Sequence record: NC_079181.1
DNA length: 52,615 nucleotides
Reading direction: 5' to 3' (one strand)
From: Escherichia phage vB_EcoP_Bp7
In this document: positions 8,058-16,555 of the stretch, in pieces
How the letters are laid out: each line of letters begins with the position of its first letter
Position numbering within the stretch: the first letter of the stretch is position 1
Translations under genes and position numbers: made by a program
Notes under the pieces: model-generated
The model's input: the letters and a program-made list of their open reading frames with translations, nothing else
Told to the model about the DNA's origin: nothing
Database searches by the model: none

Positions 8058-8987
8058 GTGCAGCAATGCGTGAGGAATATCATGGACAATAAGGTTATCG
8101 AAATACCTGCCAACTTGGTTAAAACTGGCGACATTGTATTTCATGATGGTAGAGGGTATCCGATTGTACACATCAACAGACTTAGTGGTGTAGTTCAGCT
8201 ACAATACTCTGGCGGATTCTTTAACTTTGAGTTGGGCCGTATAGTCAGAGTATTGGAAAAACGTCCCACTACAGAATCTTTTACAAAGCCTACCACAACC
8301 CGTGCAGTATTGGCGCATGAAGTACGACCTGGAAACATTTTATCTTACGGAATCAGATTCTTTGAGATAAAGGAAGTTAAAGACCTTGGAGAAATACCTG
8401 AAAATGTGGTTCGATTAACCCATGTAACAGGATACTTTGACTTTTCACCCAACCGCATAGTCCACATTGTTAATACGCCACCAGCACAGGAAACTCCTAC
8501 GGTGAAGTTCGATACTCAAATAAAGCCAGTGTTCCTTCCATATGAGGAAGCGGTGAAACCATTCTCAGATGAAGAGGATGTTCTTGGAAAAGATTTGGAA
8601 GTTGGTGATATTATTTGGGTCAATAATACTTGGGCCACTATAACAAATATGTATAAACATCCAAATTCACCATTTAATAAAGTGAATGTGGACTATGATG
8701 GCGTTAAAGGTTTACAAGTGCGCCTCACATTAACTGGAACATTTTCAAGAAAGGTAAGGGCAGTTATGGAAACATTATATATTCAAAATGCAATCGAAGC
8801 ACAACGTATTCTTCTGCAAAAGCTCGAGCAAATGCTGGAATTAGCGCAGCTCCTACCAACAAAAGATGGCAAGATTGCAATCAGCAACTGCAACATTCGC
8901 GTGGACAAGGCATCAATCACTAAAGCCGCACGCGATGAAATGAAAGTTGCTGCAAGCAAATCCGCAGAACTTATCAAGAAGCTGTAA
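8058..8987 (+). CDS. hypothetical protein with three internal repeats and a C-terminal coiled coil (309 aa)
   Basis: Repeated modules around TGDIVFHDGRGYPIV / PGNILSYGIRFF / VGDIIWVNNTW; alternative ATG at 8082. Confidence 0.55.
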   Translation: MQQCVRNIMDNKVIEIPANLVKTGDIVFHDGRGYPIVHINRLSGVVQLQYSGGFFNFELGRIVRVLEKRPTTESFTKPTTTRAVLAHEVRPGNILSYGIRFFEIKEVKDLGEIPENVVRLTHVTGYFDFSPNRIVHIVNTPPAQETPTVKFDTQIKPVFLPYEEAVKPFSDEEDVLGKDLEVGDIIWVNNTWATITNMYKHPNSPFNKVNVDYDGVKGLQVRLTLTGTFSRKVRAVMETLYIQNAIEAQRILLQKLEQMLELAQLLPTKDGKIAISNCNIRVDKASITKAARDEMKVAASKSAELIKKL

Positions 8988-9042
8988 TTAACAGAGGTCA
9001 TTCCACTTCGAGTGGCCTCGATTAATTATTACTGGAGTATTT

Positions 9043-9393
9043 ATGAAAACTTTATATATTGCACTGACAATACTGTTCGGAGTATTCGCATTTAAATCGG
9101 AAGCGTCTGTTCGCAACTTCCAGTGTGGCGGATACAAAATGTCCGTTGAAACAATTACAATGAGCCAGCCACTCATTGCAACAATTTCCTTGCACGAAGG
9201 TACTTGGATTGAGATTCCAGACAATGGGAATCCTAACCCAATGTCCACAGTGTTCTATAACACACAGAGCAGTAAGCTGGCTTTAGTTGGTGTTGACGCT
9301 GAGGAACGTTTAGTGCTACAGATTTATCGTGACATTGACTTCTTTCATGCCAAATTTCCACTTTTATCAACATATTGTAAGGAAGTTAAATGA
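9043..9393 (+). CDS. secreted protein (116 aa)
   Basis: N-terminal signal peptide MKTLYIALTILFGVFAFKSEA. Confidence 0.55.
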   Translation: MKTLYIALTILFGVFAFKSEASVRNFQCGGYKMSVETITMSQPLIATISLHEGTWIEIPDNGNPNPMSTVFYNTQSSKLALVGVDAEERLVLQIYRDIDFFHAKFPLLSTYCKEVK

Positions 9394-9623
9394 CGTCATC
9401 CGAATTTACCATTGATGGAGTACCGTACTTACTTGAATCCAGTTGCGAATATCGTCACTGGTCAGTAATTCGCGACCGAGTAGTCAAATTCTTGGAGCGA
9501 GTAGGGAAAGATGCGGCTATTCTGACTACAGCCACAGTAGAAGGAACAACCGAAATCAATCGGGAGCTTGTATCTTTTAAATTAACCATCAACCCAACAG
9601 GAAATCCATTCCGTGAAAGTTGA
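9390..9623 (+). CDS. hypothetical protein (77 aa)
   Basis: ORF with ATGA overlap. Confidence 0.45.
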   Translation: MTSSEFTIDGVPYLLESSCEYRHWSVIRDRVVKFLERVGKDAAILTTATVEGTTEINRELVSFKLTINPTGNPFRES

Positions 9624-9882
9624 AGAACTGGCTGACCATCTTGAGGCAGCAAAACGAGAGTCTGCAATTCAGTCAGGACGTATTGCAAAACTGAAAGGGC
9701 AAGACTCAACGTCCGAAGAAATCCAGCTGTTCACAGACAATATCTGGTTTTCAATGAATCGTGCACAGTTTATCGAGATTCAGGAAGAACGCCTTACTGA
9801 ACTGGAAAAGCGTGTAGAAACACTTGAGAGCTTGCTTGTAACACTGCAAGAAACTCTGGACCAGGAACTGAAAAATGTCTAA
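9613..9882 (+). CDS. hypothetical coiled-coil protein (89 aa, non-ATG start)
   Basis: ORF from the track; helical heptad-like sequence. Confidence 0.4.
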   Translation: MKVEELADHLEAAKRESAIQSGRIAKLKGQDSTSEEIQLFTDNIWFSMNRAQFIEIQEERLTELEKRVETLESLLVTLQETLDQELKNV

Positions 9883-10273
9883 CGTTAAGCTGGGCCAACG
9901 CTCCCTTGACCGACTCAAAGGTGTAAATCCTTCATTGGTGGCAGTTTTCAAGCGTGCATGTGAAACAATGCCGTTTGATGTAACTGTTCTTGAAGGTTTG
10001 CGTACTTATGAGCGTCAACAAGAGCTTTTAAAGCAAGGTGCAACCAAAGTTTCAGTTAGCCGACACATGTCAGGCAATGCTTTAGACATTGCACCATATC
10101 CGATTGACTGGAATGACCTTGAACGATTCCAAATTGTAGCTGAACACATGTTCAAAGCTGCAAAAGAGCTTGGAATTACCATTCGTTGGGGTGGAACATG
10201 GGAACGAACCTTCACTAAGCCAGTGAAATGGGCTAAGTTCCTGGATGCACCACACTTCGAACTTCCAGCATAA
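9875..10273 (+). CDS. peptidase M15-type peptidoglycan hydrolase (132 aa)
   Basis: Zinc-binding motifs SRHMSGNALD (H-x6-D) and DAPHFE, as in M15_3 / T5-type L-Ala-D-Glu endopeptidases. Confidence 0.75.
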   Translation: MSNVKLGQRSLDRLKGVNPSLVAVFKRACETMPFDVTVLEGLRTYERQQELLKQGATKVSVSRHMSGNALDIAPYPIDWNDLERFQIVAEHMFKAAKELGITIRWGGTWERTFTKPVKWAKFLDAPHFELPA

Positions 10274-10281
10274 CTTCATCA

Positions 10282-10572
10282 ATGGAGCATCCGATGAATT
10301 ACGAAGATATTCCAAGAGAGTTGAATGCACTAGAGTCAAGAACCATCCGTGCAGAGAATATTCTCCACCAGCACCTATCAATTAACGTGGGTGATGAAAA
10401 GAAGATGCAGTACACTATGGAACTTGACGATGTAGTCTACACTGTCAGTTACAACGAGAAGGCTGCTATCCTCAGTGCACTTATCAAAGGTGGGAATGAG
10501 CGAATCAATCAACTTAAGATTCTGGACAAAGAATTGAGAGGTACTTGGGAGAAACTAAATGCAAAACGATAA
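10282..10572 (+). CDS. hypothetical protein (96 aa)
   Basis: ORF from the track. Confidence 0.5.
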   Translation: MEHPMNYEDIPRELNALESRTIRAENILHQHLSINVGDEKKMQYTMELDDVVYTVSYNEKAAILSALIKGGNERINQLKILDKELRGTWEKLNAKR

Positions 10573-11107
10573 CATTACTCAAGCAGTAGAACAACTTAAG
10601 TCCTGGCGTAGAGATGAAACCTTATTGGTTCGTTTCTACACAGGCGAAACTAATTCTGAATTTGTAGATGCGTGGATTGATGGCCTGTCTTGGCGTCACT
10701 ATGATTTCGACATGCGGGAGTATTTGCATGAAGAATATGGCATTGAATATCCAGAAACCGGTACATACGACGTAATTGAATCAAATGAAGAGGATGTTAC
10801 CGAAGTTTGCTTTGCCAATGGCCTATTCAGTATTCGTAAATATGATAAGTTCAATGAGCTGCTTGTTGACACCGATTTGGATGTAATTCTTGCAGCATTC
10901 CGCAGCGGTGAGATTGATATTTTCACTGTGGATGATTTGAACGATATGTTCATCACACGTTGCGACTCAATTACAGAGTATTTGAAGCAAAGTGAGGCAC
11001 TGGATATTCCAGACCGCCTTGCACCATATATTGATTGGGATGCAATCACCAGAGATTATGGAAGTGACTACATTTTCTCTGAGGGAATACTGTTCTTAAA
11101 TGCGTGA
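10559..11107 (+). CDS. highly acidic protein (182 aa)
   Basis: Very D/E-rich throughout (e.g. EEDVTEV, DTDLDV, DIFTVDDLNDMF). Confidence 0.55.
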   Translation: MQNDNITQAVEQLKSWRRDETLLVRFYTGETNSEFVDAWIDGLSWRHYDFDMREYLHEEYGIEYPETGTYDVIESNEEDVTEVCFANGLFSIRKYDKFNELLVDTDLDVILAAFRSGEIDIFTVDDLNDMFITRCDSITEYLKQSEALDIPDRLAPYIDWDAITRDYGSDYIFSEGILFLNA

Positions 11108-11342
11108 TTTAAATATTGCTGAACTTGAGGCTGGATTGATTGTTCACCACCAGCCTCGAAACACTTTCTATCGTATTCTTGGGCCTACAAAGATTAAAAC
11201 TCACTGCGGAAGTTGGGTGGATGGGTTTGCTTACCAAGAAGTGAAGAAGTACGGGGACCATACTTTCTTGAGTATTGATTCTTCTACTATCTACACACGA
11301 CCGAAAGAGCTGTTTGATTCAGACTGGAAGGTTCTGGGATAG
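11100..11342 (+). CDS. hypothetical protein (80 aa)
   Basis: ORF from the track. Confidence 0.45.
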   Translation: MRDLNIAELEAGLIVHHQPRNTFYRILGPTKIKTHCGSWVDGFAYQEVKKYGDHTFLSIDSSTIYTRPKELFDSDWKVLG

Positions 11343-11410
11343 TTCCAAGCTGTTCCGTCGAAGTGCCAAGCGGGTTTTGTGCTCGCATTGGCCTTCGGCT
11401 TTAGTCTGAA

Positions 11411-11429
11411 ACATTAGTGGGATTTGATT
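11411..11429 (+). promoter_or_regulatory. phage promoter-like motif P4 (acattagtgggatttgatt)
   Basis: Conserved motif, preceded by tctgaa as in P5 and P6. Confidence 0.5.
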
Positions 11430-11551
11430 CGGACCACTTAGGGAAGAAAGGCATTATACACTTATCGCCAAATGGGTGTCAAGCACTTTCTTCATTTATT
11501 TTAACTTATTCTTATTATTCTTTTTGTTTGGAATATTGGAATAATTCTGAA

Positions 11552-11570
11552 ACATTAGTTGGAATTGAAG
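11552..11570 (+). promoter_or_regulatory. phage promoter-like motif P5 (acattagttggaattgaag)
   Basis: Conserved motif; followed at 11590-11660 by a structured element. Confidence 0.55.
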
Positions 11571-11589
11571 AGACAACATCAGATAAGAG

Positions 11590-11660
11590 CTTTGTAACTA
11601 GGTAGTCCGTCTGGTACCAGGGCGTGTGAGAACGTTCGATTCGTTCTACAAAGTTCTTTT
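11590..11660 (+). ncRNA. promoter-proximal structured RNA candidate with a tRNA T-arm-like hairpin
   Basis: CTTTGTA (11590-11596) pairs with TACAAAG (11647-11653); inner GAACG-TTCGATT-CGTTC hairpin and palindrome CTGGTACCAG; followed by TTCTTTTCG. Confidence 0.35.
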
Positions 11661-12204
11661 CGATGGAATGTTTCCATCAAATACATTTATCTTTTAACAT
11701 AGGCCAAAGGGCCGGAATACTTCTTCGCAGAAAGCTGTTCACTTGTTATAGCGATGTATTGGGATGAATTGGTACTAAATAAGCAAGCTGTTAGGGCTGA
11801 ATAATTAGAGGGTTATGCCTCATGCTTATGTTAGTCATTCGAAAATAGGTTTGTGCCACAAGCTGCTGGTGCTCTGAGGAAGTCGGACAAACAGGGCTTA
11901 GAGTGGCATAATCCGCACAAAACCGCGCCACCAGCTATGCCAAAGCGGGTGGATTGGGTGAATGTATTGGGAAGGGTTGCAAAGCCTCTGTGACACGCCT
12001 GAGCCGCAAGGCGACGACACTCATGTGATTAGCGTATCGCACCCTAACGGGAGTAACCCTTCGCCAATGCAGTTATCCAGAATTGACACAAACGGTAGGC
12101 AGTGGCCCGATTTTCGGCCTTCCTGCGCTACCCTGTGGCCTGTTCCTGGGCCAAAAGATGAGAAGAGAAGTCACAAACACTGAATCGAAAATTGGAGAGT
12201 TCCT

Positions 12205-12525
12205 ATGATTCGCAAGCATTCTGCTAAAGTTTTGACGTTAAGAAACGTACTAATGTTTCCGTCGAGTGGGGAAGGAGAGGAAGAAACAATCCACTTCGTT
12301 CTCGTTGGCGGGCGTTGGTACTATAACGGCACCAATTCTTTCCACGTAAGTTTGTCGGAGAAAGATGGATTCTGGAAGCACACCTTTAAGGAGTTGCTTG
12401 AAAGCAGTGCCAACTACACCCCTGCCGAAGTTAAGAAATATTTCTACTGCGGCCCAAACAAGTCCATGCAAATCGCAACTCGCAATTGGACAACAAACCA
12501 ACCGATTTACGGAGTTCCATTTTGA
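12205..12525 (+). CDS. hypothetical protein (106 aa)
   Basis: ORF with GGAGAG 6 nt upstream. Confidence 0.5.
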   Translation: MIRKHSAKVLTLRNVLMFPSSGEGEEETIHFVLVGGRWYYNGTNSFHVSLSEKDGFWKHTFKELLESSANYTPAEVKKYFYCGPNKSMQIATRNWTTNQPIYGVPF

Positions 12526-12812
12526 ACTTACAGGACAAATCTAAAGAAGAGTTGATTGAGATTATCCAGAAAGAGCACGAACTCGCTGGCATCACAATTA
12601 ACTTTGAACTCCAGGCAATGCAAGCTGTTGCTTTGGGGCACGGTCTGATGGCTACACTCATTCATGCCAAGAATGTGTTAGGCGTTGACAACGAAAAATA
12701 CCAAATTCTGGAGAAAGCTGCGCAAGAGCGGATTTCGCAGTGCTTGGTGACATTAGTTGATTTGGGAATCGACGCAGAAACTGCGAACAAACGTATCCTA
12801 CAAGGCCACTAA
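12486..12812 (+). CDS. hypothetical protein (start uncertain)
   Basis: ORF from the track; overlaps the upstream gene, so the true start may be internal. Confidence 0.4.
   Translation: MDNKPTDLRSSILNLQDKSKEELIEIIQKEHELAGITINFELQAMQAVALGHGLMATLIHAKNVLGVDNEKYQILEKAAQERISQCLVTLVDLGIDAETANKRILQGH
12750..12768 (+). promoter_or_regulatory. phage promoter-like motif P9 (acattagttgatttgggaa)
   Basis: Conserved motif inside the 3' end of the preceding ORF, upstream of the 12814 gene. Confidence 0.45.
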
Positions 12813-12813
12813 A

Positions 12814-13488
12814 ATGTCTTATCATGATGATGACAAAGAGATTGCACTATCAACGTGTAAGCAATGGCTCAATGATAATGATGCCGTCTATCTTGCCAAG
12901 GAAGATGTTATCATTATGTGGGTCCATTTTAATCCAGAATCGAAGCGCGGTGAGTGGCAACGCTACAAGATGAAAGAGGCTTGTCGCATAATTAAAGCCA
13001 CACGCGCTGGCTTCTCTGCTATGAAGTATATTAAGCCAGAGATGCTTATGCTTGCTGCACAGGAAGAAGAACGTGCGTATAAGCAAGCTGTTAAATCTCG
13101 TTCAACTGTTCCTCCAGAGTTCTTTAATTTGGAGCGCGCTGGACACTTCAACAATTTAGAAATGTTGACACTGTGCCTGTTGCAAGAATTAGTTGGAAGA
13201 GGACAAAACATTGAAGCTGTTTGTCTTGGAGAACTCATGAAAGAGTTGTTCTCGGCAAAGGGCTTTGCTGTGCCAAACCGAACTTTACGCTGGAAATTGT
13301 TGCGAGCAGTCGCGCAAGAAGCTGGTGTAGTTGTTCGTGACAGAACAAACCGACTCACTGTAACTGGAGTTGGGCGTTTTGTAGCAATCCAGATTGAGGG
13401 TTATGACGAATCAATCATCACTGAACTCACTGTCGCTGAGACAAAGGATTTAGTAAATAAAACACTAGAACGATTCAATAGATATTGA
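12814..13488 (+). CDS. hypothetical protein (224 aa)
   Basis: ATG at 12814 in frame with the 12757 track ORF, directly after the upstream stop. Confidence 0.55.
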   Translation: MSYHDDDKEIALSTCKQWLNDNDAVYLAKEDVIIMWVHFNPESKRGEWQRYKMKEACRIIKATRAGFSAMKYIKPEMLMLAAQEEERAYKQAVKSRSTVPPEFFNLERAGHFNNLEMLTLCLLQELVGRGQNIEAVCLGELMKELFSAKGFAVPNRTLRWKLLRAVAQEAGVVVRDRTNRLTVTGVGRFVAIQIEGYDESIITELTVAETKDLVNKTLERFNRY

Positions 13489-13517
13489 GTCGTTTGACGA
13501 ATCAGAGCAGTTCTGAA

Positions 13518-13536
13518 ACATTAGTTGGATGTGGAA
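13518..13536 (+). promoter_or_regulatory. phage promoter-like motif P6 (acattagttggatgtggaa)
   Basis: Conserved motif about 75 bp upstream of the 13612 gene. Confidence 0.55.
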
Positions 13537-13611
13537 AGAGAAAGGCTCTTTAATTTTATCTAAGTCACGTCACCGTGGCGTGCAAAACTATTCAATATAA
13601 GGTATATACAA

Positions 13612-13950
13612 ATGGCTAAGATTGTAACCGTAACTCAGTACGAAGCTAACGATGGTTCCCTGTTCCTGACCGAAGCAGAGTGTAATGCACATGACTTCAA
13701 ACTGGAAAACGGTGCTAAAATTGAGAAAGCTGCCGAAGCGTACCTGAACACCGTTGGCGCTATCGACCGTTCTCGCTCCATGCAGAAGAACACCATCGAG
13801 CAGTTCCTGGCATTCTACCTGCCGTGGGTTGAAGCTGGTGAGCCGGAAGTTGAGCGTACTAAGTTCGATACTCCGAAAGAAGCTAAAGTTGCTGACGCAA
13901 GTGTTGCCGAAGCTGCCGAAGCTGCTGTTGAAGAAGCTCCGGTATTCTAA
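13612..13950 (+). CDS. hypothetical protein with acidic C-terminal tail ending in Phe (112 aa)
   Basis: Strong SD (TAAGGT); E. coli-like high-expression codons; C-terminus AEAAEAAVEEAPVF. Confidence 0.65.
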   Translation: MAKIVTVTQYEANDGSLFLTEAECNAHDFKLENGAKIEKAAEAYLNTVGAIDRSRSMQKNTIEQFLAFYLPWVEAGEPEVERTKFDTPKEAKVADASVAEAAEAAVEEAPVF

Positions 13951-14319
13951 GTTGCCGATGGCAGACTTGAGAGACTAAGCTAAATCGATCTGGCATGCAC
14001 TGGAAGTTTTCCGGTGCTGCCTTGAACCCATTCCAGAGTGAGTGGGCTTCAATTTGTACATAATCCAAACACCATTGCATGAGCCTTCGACGGGAGGCAA
14101 TGTTGGGAAATTTGTTGTGTACAAATTGAAGTAGTTTTCTGAGTCTTACGACGGGCCTAAACTGCCTGAAGTTATTGCGACTGTTTTATTCATTTAAAAT
14201 AAATGCAAATGATTCTGAAATGCGAGTTGCGGCTTAATTAAATTTAAGTCTTCTCCGTGGTCTTCCAATCCCACGTAACCAAATTTGGCGCATTGTGGCT
14301 CCGAGATGTGATTAATAAA

Positions 14320-14527
14320 TCGGAGCAATAATTAATTTGTATTCTGCGATGCAATGCAGGCTTAAGTCCCTCAGTGCGCGTGGGGATGTGACAGAGTACA
14401 AACTTAATTATTAATTTGTATTCTGGTGTTGTTCGCCAAGATTGGTGCACTCATGATTGGTAGTGTTGGAGAGCGCGGAGCCTAAAATATTATCTGGCAT
14501 CTCCTACCAGAGTACAAACTTAATTAT
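14320..14527. repeat. cluster of direct and inverted repeats in a non-coding island
   Basis: cagagtacaaacttaatta occurs twice (around 14390 and 14505); aattaatttgtattctg occurs twice; together they form an imperfect palindrome at 14393-14426. Confidence 0.55.
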
Positions 14528-14968
14528 GCAGTTGGATATTTCTAGAGGACGGACGAGCACACTGGAATGTCTTCAATTGGTTTAGTGTGAGAAGCTATGC
14601 CAATATGAAACGTAACTCCTTGGGGAAGTGCTCCTCTGGATTTCCCTCCACACAGGAATCTCAAGCCTGTGGCAGCGACTTCGAAGCTGCACTGCGTAAC
14701 CTAAATTCACCCTAAAGTGAGTTGCCCTGAGTATGGAAATAAACTGCTCATAACCGATGGTATCTACAAAGGTAGATTAAATCAGGTTGCCTGTTGGTAC
14801 TTGGGTTCAACACCTGCTTGCACTCGCAAAGTAGTGCCTCGTACCTGAGATGAAGTGAGTCGGGACCATCAATCCCACGTTATGTCAAAACGCAGTAGGC
14901 GGCTCACAGATTCTACAAGCCTCGCAGTTCGGGAAAACCTGCGTTATCAAAACCCCCTCTTATTCTTT

Positions 14969-15061
14969 GGACGAGTAGCTCAGAAGGTCTGCTCCAGAGC
15001 TTAGTCAGGTAGAGCAATCTGTTAGGCAGATGTGTCGTTGGTTCGAATCCAACCTCGTCCA
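14969..15061 (+). tRNA. atypical 93-nt tRNA-like gene (isotype unresolved, possibly Leu)
   Basis: Perfect 7-bp acceptor stem (GGACGAG / CTCGTCC) and canonical T-arm (GTTGG-TTCGAAT-CCAAC), but about 20 extra nt in the D-arm region; candidate anticodons UAG or CAG depending on the fold. Confidence 0.45.
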
Positions 15062-15093
15062 CCCACTTTAATAACCGCAATACTGGAGTCCTT

Positions 15094-15234
15094 ATGGATT
15101 TTGATGCACTTGATAATTTAGACTTCGGTGCTGCCGAAGAAGCAATTGAAGAACTTAAGAAGAAGCAGGACGAAGAAGCAATCGTTCCTGGTGAGGGCGA
15201 TAACGACTGCTCAAGTGGTGCGTGCGCCATCTAA
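15094..15234 (+). CDS. small acidic protein (46 aa)
   Basis: Hand-translated MDFDALDNLDFGAAEEAIEEL...; GGAG 6 nt upstream. Below the ORF track cutoff. Confidence 0.35.
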   Translation: MDFDALDNLDFGAAEEAIEELKKKQDEEAIVPGEGDNDCSSGACAI

Positions 15235-15242
15235 GGTGATTT

Positions 15243-15479
15243 ATGCAACAGCTTAAATCAATAGTTCTTGGCGTCCTGACTGCATTTGGTATTCTTATTG
15301 CAGTGTTCCTCAAAGGCAAAAGCTCAGGCAAAGCCGAGGAGCGTCAGGAAGCCACAGAGAAGCAACTAGATTCATTAAAAGAATCTATCGAGATTAAATC
15401 GCATGTTCAGAAAGAAGTGTCTAGCAGTTCTGATAGCAATGTCGATAGTGAGTTGCTCTCAAAGTGGGTTCGTAAGTGA
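15243..15479 (+). CDS. i-spanin-like membrane protein (78 aa)
   Basis: N-terminal TM segment IVLGVLTAFGILIAVFL followed by a charged helical region; AGGTGA SD. Confidence 0.45.
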   Translation: MQQLKSIVLGVLTAFGILIAVFLKGKSSGKAEERQEATEKQLDSLKESIEIKSHVQKEVSSSSDSNVDSELLSKWVRK

Positions 15480-15612
15480 TTATTGCTTAATTGCACAACC
15501 AATCTATTTGGATGTTGCAGAAGTGAAAATACTATCACGCGAAACCAAAACACAGATTTTAGTCCACAATGAAACGTGGGCACAAAAGTGTTCGAAACTT
15601 ACCCGACAGTGA
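15403..15612 (+). CDS. o-spanin-like lipoprotein (69 aa), overlapping the previous gene in another frame
   Basis: Lipoprotein signal MFRKKCLAVLIAMSIVSC with lipobox IVSC; overlapped two-frame layout as in Rz/Rz1 pairs. Confidence 0.45.
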   Translation: MFRKKCLAVLIAMSIVSCSQSGFVSDYCLIAQPIYLDVAEVKILSRETKTQILVHNETWAQKCSKLTRQ

Positions 15613-16555
15613 GTGAACAAGACGGACGTCTATAACTTCCCACATGGCCTAGCTAGTTGGTGGTGTAAAAGACTGACCAAGGTGACGACAGCCAAAGTCG
15701 AGGGAGTGCGCGACTTTAAATAACGAGACTCTAGCAACTTGTTGCGATGATGGTGTAAGCCCATGCGTTTGGAAGCAGGACTCCAACTCAAACAAACCTG
15801 CAAGTTGCTCTGGGCATAACAATTAAAATTGCTGCCTCGCATTGAACGCGAGAAAGTTCAGGTAGTCACTTCCTAGAACAGTGGCCGGGAACACACCTAG
15901 ACAAAAGTGCTTGAGAACGTTAGCTCTGTCTTGCCAGCATTAATGGCACGTTGGCCGCGTAAAGGCCACAGCGTCTGACCAACGTATCGGTCGCCAAATT
16001 CAATGGATTCGTAGAGTTAATTAAACCTGCACGATGGGATGGGGATGTAGCATCCGAGGCCGACTGTGTAATTGTGAACTTCGCGTTCACCGAATCCGCC
16101 AAATCCATGGGCTAGTGCAAATGTCAGTCACTAGAAGATGTGTTGCAAAACGTCTTCCATGATGTGCAAAGTGTCAGTCACGTGCCCGCCACTTTACCTC
16201 CAACAGTTATGCCTCTGTTCAAAAGGCTCAAGAGAGCGTCTGGCATACCGTAGCGATACGGCTTAGTTGCGCTGATTGTGTTGTGCAGAAAGAAAGTTCA
16301 GGCTTTCGTTTGGGTTACTCCTCATCCCGAAGTTAGCTGGATTCAAAATCCAGACTATGTTCCTATACACATGAAATATGCAAGTCGAGGGTTCTTAATG
16401 TTCAAACATGATGCGAGCATTAAGCGGGTTTATACTTTTCCCCGATGGTCCCCATAAACAAGGCTGATTCACTTGGGCGGTTCGAATCAAATTTAATAAG
16501 TGTTTTGTAACAGTTCACGTCAGGACACTTACTTAAATTTTAACTGGAGAGAAAC

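Noticed and set aside
11962-12183. 73-aa ORF inside the GC-rich non-coding island
   Set aside because: No SD, atypical composition (Pro/Gly/Ser-rich), and it sits in a region dominated by hairpins; treated as non-coding. Same reasoning for 11417..11605.
14913-15230. 105-aa minus-strand ORF
   Set aside because: Overlaps the tRNA-like gene and the small + strand cassette; no support.
16337-16353. T-arm-like hairpin CTGGA-TTCAAAA-TCCAG as a second tRNA
   Set aside because: No complementary acceptor stem could be found at tRNA distance upstream.
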